From assembly GCF_009914755.1 (NCBI RefSeq), contig NC_060935.1: a stretch of 64,000 bases of DNA. One strand, 5' to 3'. This DNA is from the human T2T-CHM13v2.0 reference genome, Homo sapiens. This document shows, in pieces, positions 15,880-29,600 of the stretch. Both the position numbers and the translations under genes were made by a program. A model generated the notes under the pieces. That model did no database searches and was not told the DNA's origin. It worked only from the letters and a program-made list of their open reading frames with translations. How positions within the stretch are numbered: position 1 is the first letter of the stretch; the number at the start of each line of letters is the position of its first letter.

Positions 15880-16060
15880 CTACTATTCAAATTATAGTCT
15901 GCAAATCAGCAATAGCAGTAGTACCTGAGAACTTGTTAGAAAGGCAAAATATCAGACACCAACCAAGACATGCTGAATTAGAATTTTGCATTTTAACTAC
16001 CACCCCCACCCCGCCCTTCAATGATTTATACTAACAGTAAAGTTTGGGGAGCACTGCTCT
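15880..16060 (+). mobile_element. MER5A-like fragment
   Basis: acctgagaacttgttagaaa ... aaagtttgggagcactg. Confidence 0.6.
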
Positions 16061-16995
16061 GAATGGTAGACTAAAAACTCATCCCAAAGAGACAAGGGCC
16101 AAAGGTACCTGTCATTAGGAGTCTGCATGATGAAAATTCTGACTACAGCTGTAAATTCATAGCTTTATGAGTTTAAGTGCGTTTGTAATATATTTTACTA
16201 GTTCTTTGTTCAGTACTCCTGTGTACCAGTTTAGAAATTCTTTTTTCATGGATAATTTTTTTTGCATTTTATTTAATTTCTTGCCACTTTCACATTGAAA
16301 ATAGTTTCAAAGTACATTCAAAGTAAATACCATGTAACAAGCATAAATTTATCCACAGATGTGTCCATGTCACATTTATTTTTTCAGATGTAATCAGAAT
16401 AAACTTTGCTACTTCCCATATTGGAAGAAAGCTATTATCAGTAGTTTTAAGGGACCTCATTCTCCTTTGGATTGTAGGGGAGCCCAGGGAACTTACTCAA
16501 CTCCCCAAAGGGATAGTCTGAGTGTGACAAGGGATTCCCTATCCATTATGTGCAGCTATCTCTTACCCTCCTTACAGGCTTCTGAAACCTTCATTCACTC
16601 TTTGTTGTCCAGCCTGTTATCTGCTCCTTTTTTCAGCAGTAGAACCGAATGACTTATCAGGAATAACTTGATAGCTCACTTTGTCTGCCTTTCCAGGAGG
16701 CCTGGCTGTCCTCCTAGAAGTATAGAATGTCTTTGAGTCCCTTTTGATTGGTGTGTGATGTAAAAAAATATAACAAACGATTTTCCAATAGGTCTCTCTG
16801 CTGACTGTAAATATTAGAAAGATGACTCTGCTGTTTGTGGCTCACCATGTAAAGCATTACTGTGTTAATATTCATTTTGTTAAAAATTGATCAATTTTAG
16901 AAATATATTTTCCCAAGCCTTGTTTTTATTTAATATTATTTTTGAAGCATGATTCTGCGGTTTGCGTTATAATTATGTATATGTTCTTCTCGAAG

Positions 16996-17088
16996 TCCCA
17001 TTGCAGTGAGAATGATGAATGACCAACTGATGCTCCTGGAAAGAGCATTCATCGATCCTCTTGGTTTACCAGGAAAGCTGTTCTATAG
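16996..17088 (+). CDS. NAALAD2: NAALAD2 coding exon (18), [32 protein letters not shown]
   Basis: ctcgaag| acceptor, AG|gtaagg donor; 93 nt; TfR-type dimerisation domain motif [11 protein letters not shown]. Confidence 0.95.
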
Positions 17089-17630
17089 GTAAGGAAACAA
17101 CAGGCGCCAAATACATCACTGTGACCAAAACCAGCATACCTAAAGTTGGCTTTAAACTAATGCCATTAGATGGGTGAAAGGCAAATATGTACACTCTAGG
17201 GAATTTGGGTAAGATTGTACATTTAATAATAGGTATAATACATATTAGAAAAATAAATTTCATATTGTTTATTGCTTTGCTGTGAGGGAAAATGGTAAAG
17301 GCTAGTTAAAAAAGAACTCTTTCTAACAAAATCTTCAAACTGTAGAATCTTAAAGGGAATTTTAGAGCTTATCTAGTTCAACCTTCTACATAATCCTTTT
17401 TATAGAATCTCAGATAAATAGTTATCCAGTCTCAGAATCTTTTAGTGATGAGAAGCTTACTACTTCATGAGGAGGCTCATTTCACTTTATGAAAGGTCTA
17501 ATTATTAGAAAGTTTTCTTCATAAAGATTTAACATCTATTTTCCTGTAATATTTTTCTCTTTGAGTTTGTTCTGTTAAAGTCAAATAAAATAAGTTTAGC
17601 TCTATTTCCATATAGTATTTTAGGTTTTTG

Positions 17631-17989
17631 AGATGGTTCTCAACGATGGTTAGATTTCATTTTTCGGCGTTATGATGGTGCAAAGGCAATACACATTAAG
17701 TAGAAACCATACTTCAAGTACCCATGCAACCACTCTGGTTTTCATATTCAGTGTAGTATTCAATAAATTACATGAGATATTCAACACTTCATTATAGAAT
17801 AGGCTTTGCATTAGATAATTTTGCCCAACTGTAGGCTAATGTAAGTGTTCTGAGCACATTTAAGGTAGGCTAGGCCAAGCTATGATTGTTGGTAGGTTAG
17901 GTATATTAAATGCATTTTTGACTTGTGATATTTTCAGTTTATGATGGTTTTATCAGAAAACAACTCATCTTTAAGTCACGAAGCCTCTG
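17631..17989 (-). mobile_element. MER47/Tigger5-family DNA transposon
   Basis: gcccaactgtaggctaatgtaagtgttctgagcacatttaaggtaggctagg matches MER47A reverse. Confidence 0.75.
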
Positions 17990-18876
17990 TATCCTATTTT
18001 CCTATCTGTATCTCTACATCATGTTCTCTTTCAGTATCTTGGCTGCATCCCTTTGGATGTTCTCCATTTTCTCAAGGTCCTTCTAAAACTGGTTCTCTGG
18101 TGGAAATTAGAAAGGTCCTAGCATTCAAAGCCAGAAAATCTATATTCTAGTTCACTTGCAGATGTGTGACTTAAAGCAAGTAACTTCTAGGGTTTTCCCA
18201 TCCGAATTAAGATGATGATAATTGCTACTTTAAAGGCTATTTATCATCAAATAATATGCAAAAAAGGTTTATATGTTACCTTTCTTATAAATGTTAATGA
18301 TTAATATTAACATTTAGATAATTACAAGCATACGCTTTTAGAACCCAGCTCTGCCACATACTTCACGTGACCTGGAAAAATTATTTTTCTAAGCTTCAGA
18401 TCCCTCAGCTACTAAGTGGAGATTATAATTGCTTTTACTCAATAGGCCTGTAGATTTAAGGCCTGTAGAAGATTTAGCTCAAGAGGGATGCACTCAATAA
18501 ATGGCAGCTATTTTTATAAATAATAAAAACACAAATGTTTGTTTCTTCATTGATGCAAATGAAATAGCAATGATCAATTATTTATATGGATCAAACAAAA
18601 GCCGAAAGCCGTATCTACAGTGTTTGTTAGTCCTCTCAGGTGTTGTTATTAGTCTATCTTTATATATTTATTTTCTATTTATTTATAAGAAATCTATATT
18701 TTGTCATTATTTTAAAAACTCAGGCTCTGTAGAAGCATATAAAATAAAAAGGAGCAGTGCTTCTTCAGCATTCCCCCCTTGCCCCCTACACCCAGTTCTT
18801 TATTCTCTTCAGTGAAACTCAATGTTGAGTTTGGTGTAAGTTTTAATGCACTTATATACATGTTTATATATGTATA

Positions 18877-19211
18877 TAGTCAGCCCTCTGTATCTGTGAG
18901 TTCCACATCTGTTGATTCATCAACTGCAGATAGAATATATTTGAAAAAAAAATGAATGGTTGTGTCTGTACTGATTTACAGACCTTTTTTGGGTCATTAT
19001 TCCCTAAATACAGTAAACAACTATTTGCATAGCATTTACATTGTATTAGGTGCTGTAAGCAATCTAGAGCTGATTTAAAGTATCTGGGAGGACTTGTATA
19101 TGTCATATGCAAATAGTAAGCCATTTTATATAAGGGAGTTGAGCATCCTTAAATTCTGGTATCCAAAGGGGATTCTGGAACCAATCCCCCATGGATACTG
19201 AGGAATTACTG
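18877..19211 (+). mobile_element. MER2 DNA transposon
   Basis: agtcagccctctgtatctgtg ... ggatactgaggaattactgta. Confidence 0.75.
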
Positions 19212-19455
19212 TATATACTTACATATACATTTATATATACATATATTACATTTATATACTATATATGCAAATATTTCCATAAAAGTGTACACACACAATA
19301 TATAAACAATTTTTATTTACATAAACATCTATATTTAACATATTATAAATTTACATATGTAATCATTTATATTTACATGTATAAATATGTAAACCCATTT
19401 ATATTTACATAAATAATGTATGGGACCATACGTTACAATTTTATTTTTTTCCTTA

Positions 19456-19728
<273 letters not shown>

Positions 19729-19938
19729 TCTCTAAGATTTTTTTTCATTTTTTTAGATAAAAGATTTGACTCTTGTGAAAATATCTACCTCTTACTGAAT
19801 TTCAGATTAGGATTTTTCCACAATTATTTACTATTATGAAAAGTAATGGCATTGTATGGATGTCCTTGAGTCCTATTTGAACATTTGTTAATATCTCTAT
19901 AATCAGGACCTGGGATTTCAGGGTGAAAGGGTAAACAC

Positions 19939-21386
<1,448 letters not shown>

Positions 21387-21977
21387 GGTAAACACATTTT
21401 TAAATTTGATTAGGTTACTACCAAACTGTCCTCCAAAGACTACCATATTTTTAAAAATGCACTTTGAACTATTAGCTGAATGTTAAGATTATATTCTAAT
21501 GCTAATTCATATTATTATGTTTTAGTCTACTGCAGTAGTATGGAAATAAGTTCTTCCTTCATGATCATAAGGATTACTTTATGGATTGATATGACATATT
21601 GCATATGCACACTTTTTCCAATAACTGCTAAGATAAATGTAGCTATAATAGCAATTCCAGCTACCCAGAATTTCTCATTTGTCTTAAAGAATTTATTTCA
21701 AAATTATTTTTTCCTCATCCAGCAATGTATATCAGGTTAAAAATGATCTTGTAAATCTTATAAAACCTCTAAGAGTAAAAACTTTCAGTACGTATAATGG
21801 ATCAATGACATTTTTAAGATCTGCTATTTTATGAACCTCAAGAATGGAGAGATTACCAAATCTGTAGTGTAATAAAATTGTTCTACCATGTAGAATTGAT
21901 AGACTAAGAAAATTAGACTAATCTGATGTATGTATGTATAGCCATTATATATATATGTACATTACATATGTATGTAT

Positions 21978-22342
21978 TGTTAAAACAAAAACATTAGCCA
22001 AATTATATTTAACAGACTTTAATTGAGCAAAGAATGATAGACTCAGAGAGACTCCAGTGCAGCCACGTGATGGATGAAGAGTTACAGACAGAAAAAGGAA
22101 AGTGACATACAGAAAACGGAAATGAGTAACAGAAACAGCCAGACTGGTTACAGCACAGAATTTACCTTATTTGAACAGTTTGAACTGACCCCTTTAATTG
22201 GCCAAAACTTGGTGATCGGCACAAGAGTAGACTCAGTCTGTTGACAACTCCATTTAGGTTATAGTTCACTATGTACAGAGAAACCTTTAGGCTGAACTTA
22301 AAATATTTAAGGAGGCAGCTTTAAGTTAAACTTGATTTAACA
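21978..22342 (-). mobile_element. MER57-family solo LTR
   Basis: Reverse strand starts TGTTAAATCAAGTTTAACTTAAAGCTGCCTCC; TG...CA ends. Confidence 0.75.
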
Positions 22343-22473
22343 GTTGAGATTCAGTAATGAATAAATCAGAAAACATTGTACATATTTTAAAATAAAATGT
22401 TAATGTGGAACATATAAAACATTCTTCTTAAAATTCAGAAGTATAACTAAATGTTTATTGTGAATAAAAAACG

Positions 22474-22783
22474 TGTCTTAGTCCATTCCTGCTGCTATAT
22501 CAAAATACCTGAGACTGGGTAATTTATAAAAAACAGAAATTTATTCCTCACAGTTCTAGGGGCTGGGAAGTACAAGATCAGTGTCAACCAATTCAATGTT
22601 TTATGAGCACCTGTCCCATATATGGTATTTTTCTCAGGGCGTCCTCAGTTGGCAGAACAGATGGAAGGGCTAGCTAGCTTTCTTCATTCTCTTTTATAAG
22701 GGCTCTAATCCCTTAATACTGTCACACTAGAAATTAAGTTTCAACATACGAATTTGGGGAATGAACACATTCAGACCATAGCA
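22474..22783 (-). mobile_element. MST/MLT1A-type MaLR solo LTR
   Basis: tgtcttagtcc...gagactgggtaatttata...cagaccatagca. Confidence 0.75.
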
Positions 22784-22958
22784 GCATGCTTGATAAATTT
22801 TGCAAACTTAATTATTTTTGAGTTGTGGGTAATATATTGTAACTATCACAACAAAGGCAAATAAGTAATAAATCCTTATCTACCACTGAGCTCATTTTCT
22901 ATATTCTATTACTCCTCGTTTTTTCCCTAATGAAAGTTCCACAAAAATTAATTGCTCT

Positions 22959-23444
22959 GTGTGGTAAGCATAATAATGGCCTCCCAAAGATCTCTATTTT
23001 CTAACCCCAGAACCTTTGAATATGTTAGGTTACATGACAAAGAGGAATTAAGGTGGCAGATGGATGAGTCACACTAATCAGCTGAGTTAAAATAGGGACA
23101 GTATTCTGAATTATACTGGTGGTCCCAATGATGCAGTCACAAGGGTCCTTAAAAGTCTTCCTGTAAGAGGCAGGCAGGAGAGAAAGTTAGGGTGATGCCA
23201 TTGCGAAAAGACTCATCTAAAATGCAGTTGCGGATTTTGATGGTGGAGGAATGTGGTAGGCCTCTAGAAGCTAGAAAAGCAAGGAAAAGGATTCTCCTCT
23301 AGTGCCTCCAGGAAGGAATGTGACCCTGATCATACCTTGATTTTAGCTTGGTGAGACTTATGTCAGACCAACTGTAAGATAATAAATTTTTTTAAGCCAC
23401 TAAGTTGGTGGTAATTTGCACAGCAGCAATATAAAATGAACACA
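22959..23444 (+). mobile_element. MLT1D/E-type MaLR solo LTR
   Basis: tgtggtaag...ataatggcctcccaaagat...ttaagccactaag...cagcagcaata. Confidence 0.75.
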
Positions 23445-23541
23445 CTCTGTAATGGAATCTAAAAAGGATTAAATAAAGCTTCCTTTTTTGCAAACATCAA
23501 GTGAAATACTGTAAAAGTCTTTAAAAGCTGCAAAGCATTTA

Positions 23542-23861
<320 letters not shown>

Positions 23862-25637
23862 GAAATTTTGCATTATCACAACTCATCAGTGAATACTTAC
23901 TATGTACTGAGGGGAAGGTTGAGGAAAAAAGACTATGAAGTGTTGACCATATTCTCTAGTCTGCTCAGTAGTTCTTGATGCCTCTTAAAAATTCAGAAAT
24001 GTCCATTGTGGAGGGTAATTAAATCATCATATACTTGAAACCTTGAGAACTAGACCAGAGTTTGAATTCTTATGGGACTAGAATAGCTATTTGAGTCCAC
24101 CATTTCATAAAAGGGTATTTGAGTTGCTTAAGCATTACCAATTGTCTGATCATTTCTTTTAGCTTGCTGCCTGCTTCTTATCTGAGAAAATTAGGGAAAG
24201 GATTTAGTTTCAGAATAGCTAATATTTACTGAACACCTATTAAATGTCAAGCTATGCTTTTCATCCAACATTTGATTCTCACAATTCTTTTAGAACAGTA
24301 CTTTTATCACCATCATTTTTAAGATAACAGGCACAGGGAGGTTAAATAACCAGTGCAAGGCCACAAGGCTGATAGTTGATAGTATTCTGTTGATAGTAAA
24401 TATGCTAGTATTCTGATTTTTAAAAAACAGGCAGTCTCAGTCTACAACCTGCTCAGTCACTACTCTAAGCAGAGTCTACATTATTTCAATTATTTTACAA
24501 ATCTGGGACAAATTTAGACAACTTAGGCAATTTGCCAAAGGTCACTGAGATATTAAATGCCATATCAATGATTCAAAGGTTATTCGCTTCCTATATCAAA
24601 TTTTTTTTGCTATATTCTTCCTTTACAATTCTCCAGAAGAGGGTAAGTATACTAAGGAATATCTATGACTTGCATCTCTAATTTCTTGACTCATATACAG
24701 GTCAGGATACCAATGCTTATAAACAACTTAGCACATAAACTGATTTTAATTTTAAAAAAATCCATCTGAGGCCATATTAAGATTTAAAAGCCAAGATAAT
24801 AAATCCTGATGTACTTTGGTAAATCTGAATGATGAGTGTTATAGATTTGTCATTAATCATTAATCATTAATACTGACTTATATGGAGCTCTATATTGCTT
24901 CATACAGATTTACTCTAGAATAAGCTTTGGGGTTTGACTGTTGGACCTAATTCCTGATGTATTAATAAAATACATCCCTTTCTGGAAAGCAAAATTCTAC
25001 GTCATTATTGCGGAAAGTAGCTTGATCCCTTGAGCTACTTATGTTGAAGTAGAAAAGCAACTATAAAACTTTCTTTTTAGATCAAAAGTTGAGTGTCTTT
25101 GCGGGCAACCCACATATAACTGTCTTACCTTTGTGGAATGGACGTCATTATCCTTGCCATTTGTAACACTTTGAAATACAGGCTTCTTTAATTACTTGTT
25201 TTTTAATGTCTAAAAAGTATTGGGAACAACTGTCATTCTTGTTTAATCTATTTTTAAAAGGCAACACAAAAATAAATTATCTTTCTCAATCTCCTCTTAC
25301 TAAAAACATCCATAAACTTACATGTTATCACCATATTTGTGGATGCTTACGGGACGCTGAGCAATTATTCTGCACAACTTAAAAGAACCTGCTTTCTTCC
25401 ATCTGCTTTGGGTTCGCAACATGGTATATGATTCCTGAGATATGTCTTAGCGAATGCATATTGTTAGCTTCTTTCCTGGCTTGAAATTATGATTCGCATA
25501 AGTATCTCAGATCAACTGTCTTCTTATTATAGGAACAAAAGTGAGTATCACAAGGAAACATCATGTGGTCTAAACAAAAAGCATGCAAAATGCATGTATA
25601 CACTTTAGTTCAATTTGCCTTGTTTTCTTCCTTTTAG

Positions 25638-25827
25638 GCACATCATATTTGCTCCAAGTAGCCACAACAAATATGCTGGAGAATCATTTCCTGGAATCTA
25701 TGATGCTATCTTTGATATTGAAAATAAAGCCAACTCTCGTTTGGCCTGGAAAGAAGTAAAGAAACATATTTCTATTGCAGCTTTTACAATTCAAGCAGCA
25801 GCAGGAACTCTGAAAGAAGTATTATAG
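25638..25827 (+). CDS. NAALAD2: NAALAD2 terminal coding exon (19), [23 protein letters not shown]...TLKEVL*
   Basis: cttttag| acceptor; TAG at 25825-25827; [11 protein letters not shown] motif of the GCPII family. Confidence 0.97.
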
Positions 25828-26084
25828 AAGGTCTCAAGTGGCTAGCCATTAAAGGTGTTGCTAAAAGTCTGAGGATAAAATTCACCTTTCTGATAACTTA
25901 TGAAGCCAGGGTGTTCTAAACTCTTTTCATGTCATGTTTTGATTATAGGCTTTGGTCTTTTCATCTGCAAAGCCTTTTTTTTTTGCTCTTTAAAAGTTAA
26001 TAATTATATTAGCAAAGTGTTAATCTAATGAAGTAAAAAACTCCTGTGTGGCAGAAAGTAAAAGAAAATTCCCTAAATTATAGC

Positions 26085-26690
26085 AAGGAACATGAATTCT
26101 CAGACATTGTGAGTGTGGGAATGTAAAATGGTAAAATCACTTTTGAAAACAGTTTGGCAGTTTCCTATAAAGTTAAACATACACTTTTACTTTAGGACTC
26201 CAGAATTCCACTTCTAGTTATTTATTCAAGAGAAGGAAAAACAATGATCACAGCAATACTTGTATGCATGTTCATTGCAACTTAAAAGCGTAAAAACCCC
26301 AAATGTCCATCCACAGACGAATGTATAAACTGTGGTATCCATTACACAATAGACTACTTACTACTCAGCAATAAAAATGAAGTAACTTTCAATAAATGCA
26401 ATATTATTGGCAGACATTGTTGAAGGAAAAAAGCCAGACAAACAACTACATAAAATATGTTTCTATTTAGATGAAGTGGCAAACTAATCTGTAGTGTTAA
26501 AAATTAGATTAGTGATTGCCTGGGCCAAGTGGCAGGTTGGGGAGGATGGCTGCAAAGAAGTATGAGGAAACTTTCTCCAATAGATGAGAATTTTCCGTAT
26601 CTTGATCTGAGTGGCAAATTGTAAACTTAAAATATATATAAAATTTATTGTATGAAAATTAAGCCTCAATAAACGTGATTATAAAAAACA
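26085..26690 (+). mobile_element. Old L1M 3' fragment within the NAALAD2 3' UTR
   Basis: gtgggaatgtaaaatggta...gaaaacagtttggcagttt...aaatgtccatc...cctcaataaa are L1M 3' motifs. Confidence 0.8.
26668..26673 (+). terminator. Candidate main NAALAD2 poly(A) signal AATAAA (others at 26370 and 26391)
   Basis: AATAAA ~840 nt after the stop codon, at the 3' end of an old sense L1 fragment. Confidence 0.6.
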
Positions 26691-29600
26691 AGTCTGCAAG
26701 GAAACCAGAATCATATACCTTCTCTTGTGAAATCACCATGAAGTGTGAATGGTCAGGAAAAAGCCAGTAATATTCATACATTTAATAATTTCAGCTCTAC
26801 TGAATAAACATATAAGTCTGATGGGTGATGAAAATAGCTACTACAATCTTCATATTCTAACTCCTATAAAGACTGTATATCAGAATCTGCAAACTTTTAT
26901 GCAGATCCCAGTGACTCAATTACATGTTCAACTATGATTAAAGCTTCAATAAACTTGGTTGTTCATCTACTTCACCAAAACGAGTTAAGAATTAAAAATT
27001 AGAAGAGCCTTCATAGGCAAGTACAATAACTAAAATAAGAAATGACAGCTCAAAGCTTAACTACAAGGAAAAACTACCCATTACCCTTGCTCCCAGGCCA
27101 ACAATACAGTTTAACTTAAAACAGTGGGGGCATTTAGTTTAGGGGCATTTTCTATACATCTCAGTATTACTAGAGGGTATTTCACTGATCCCCCACAATA
27201 AAATAAGTTGCAAGTATAGCAATGACTCTGTCATCAAGGTAACTTTTAAATATGTTCCATTCCTTCTGCTTAAAGAGGCAATAAGGTGTGCTATTTATGA
27301 AGTATAAATATACACAATTAAGACTTTTGTAAAAGGGAGTTAACTTTACTACCACGCTACACTACCAAAGTATAACACTTTAACTTTTGCCTTGAAGCAC
27401 TGTGTTGTAGAAAATATACTGCATTAAGACCCATGAATCATACTATCTACTACCCAACTGAGTAGATCACTACGTATCTCTGGGCATCAGTTCCCTCCAA
27501 CTCTATCATTTCTAAAGGAGACAAAGCACAAAGGTTTAGAAATGTCTTGGGTGTTCTTCCTACTGGTAGTTTTCCTGAAGACAAATGCGAGCTGCCAGAA
27601 CAGCATATTTGGTCTGAAATATGAGTTTGGAGTAAAATAGTAATTATTGCAATTTAATTTTTCCTTTAATTCTTGTTTTTTTTAATCATTTTTAATCAAT
27701 ATCTGATTGTTAGCAACAGAACAAGTGATTGTGTGGCATGCACTATAATCAATTCAGGATATTTAATATAGAATATGTGTTATCACATGTTAAATAGGGC
27801 ATATGTTTGAACTTTTTAAAAAAACTTTTCCCCTAAGCATTTGAGATCAGCTGAATTAAGCTGCTAATCATTATTCCCCTTTGATCTCATTCCTTGGTCC
27901 AAGTCCTGAGAGAGATACTGTTCCTCTTAAGGATACTTACGAAATAATGACATGGAAATATTTTGCTTGTCACAGTATATTGCCTGTTTTAAGACCTACT
28001 TTTAAAATCAAATAAGCCATAAATTCTTATTGTAATGCCATACTTTTAATCATTTAAACTAAATGTTTAATCAGAAGTTGTCTAATATAAAAACTAGTAA
28101 AAAAGCACGTGAAATGTATATACTTTAACCAAGAAATTCTAAAAATTGGTTTCTATAGAGAAAACTGGACAGAATGACAATGTATGTGACACAAAGGTGT
28201 TTACCACAGCATTTTTTATCACAGTAAAAAATAGTAAAAAAAAAAAATCACAAGCTAAATATCAATGGAGAATTGATTATAGTATAATATAAAAATGATC
28301 ATACAATGATCATATATACATTTTTCACTTATATAGTAAGTTGTCCATGACTTACTGGTTAAAAAAAGTGATAAAACTAAATATATGAATATCAAACAAA
28401 ATACAAATAGTGCTTGCATTTCGGTGGTAGACTTTTATGTGACTTGTACTCTGTACTGAATTGCTAAAATTTTTTACATCATATTCCCTTTTATAAGGGT
28501 TAAAATAATATAATAACTACTGTTTTCATTTTGAACAGACAAAAGTACAGAGTTCTGGGATACAATACAGTTCACAAATAGTAATCCTATTTTGTACCCT
28601 TGAAATTTATTAGTTTATTCTGAGGATACAAATAACATTTATATATGCACACATGAGCCATCTTAATATTTCCATTTAGTTCAGAATTTCAAAAATATCA
28701 ATCGATCCTTGAACTTTCAAGTATAGAAATGAGTTTAGGGTAAAATAGTAACCTTTGAAATAATTACAGTACTGTATTAGATTTGTCTTTTTCTTTAATT
28801 GCTTAACTTCATGAACTCATTTGTTTTTTTCTTTTTAATTTTTATTCATCTACTTTTTCCAATCCCCAATGTGATTAAATTCAGAAGAACAGTATCTTTC
28901 AAGTAAATGATGCAAAACTTCCTTTCACATCATCTCACGTCCTTTCCCCCTTTGTATTAGTAGATAATTATACTATCTACAGCCAGAACGATCTTCCTAG
29001 ACGTGATCATGCTATGTGCTATGAAAAAAACCTTCAATGGGGACCTCCACTACCGAAATGATGTGGTAGTACTGGCAGTCGCTCCCAGGTGCAGTAACTA
29101 GGAAAAAATGGATCAAATGCAAAATACATTACAGATACGAAAGAGCTGTGGAAGCGCTTAAGACTAGATGTACTAAAAGTCTTTGTCTTTTCTACATAGC
29201 TGAGACTACCAACTGTTTTCTTTCCTGGCATCATTTGCCAATTCTAGGCATGGATTAAAGATCAGGCTTTGTGTGGACTAAAGCACTTTACTGGGGAAAA
29301 TCAGCAGGACTTTTACTGACTGCATGATCTATCATGATGTACTAGAATCTAGAGGAGCCCTAAACCCAATACTGAGTGAGACTAGAACTTAGGGGCTAGG
29401 CAAACAAGTTTTCTTAACAGGCCAATACCACCTCTCAATGCCAGGCTTCTTCATATCCTATTCTTTCTCCCATTTCCTCTCTTGTATTTGGCCACTTCTA
29501 TCCTTTTTTCCCCCCTCAGGACTCTGCTATTTATCCTTCACGAAATCCATCCATAAAATCTACCAAATACGCACCACAGAAGCTTTCTACAGGCTTATCT

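Noticed and set aside
19212-19415. 73-aa Y/I/T-rich ORF
   Set aside because: AT-rich low-complexity (TA/TACA) sequence.
29034-29234. 66-aa ORF and a possible C/D-box-like segment (ATGATG...CTGA)
   Set aside because: Imperfect C box, no terminal stem, intergenic position, and no recognisable protein similarity.
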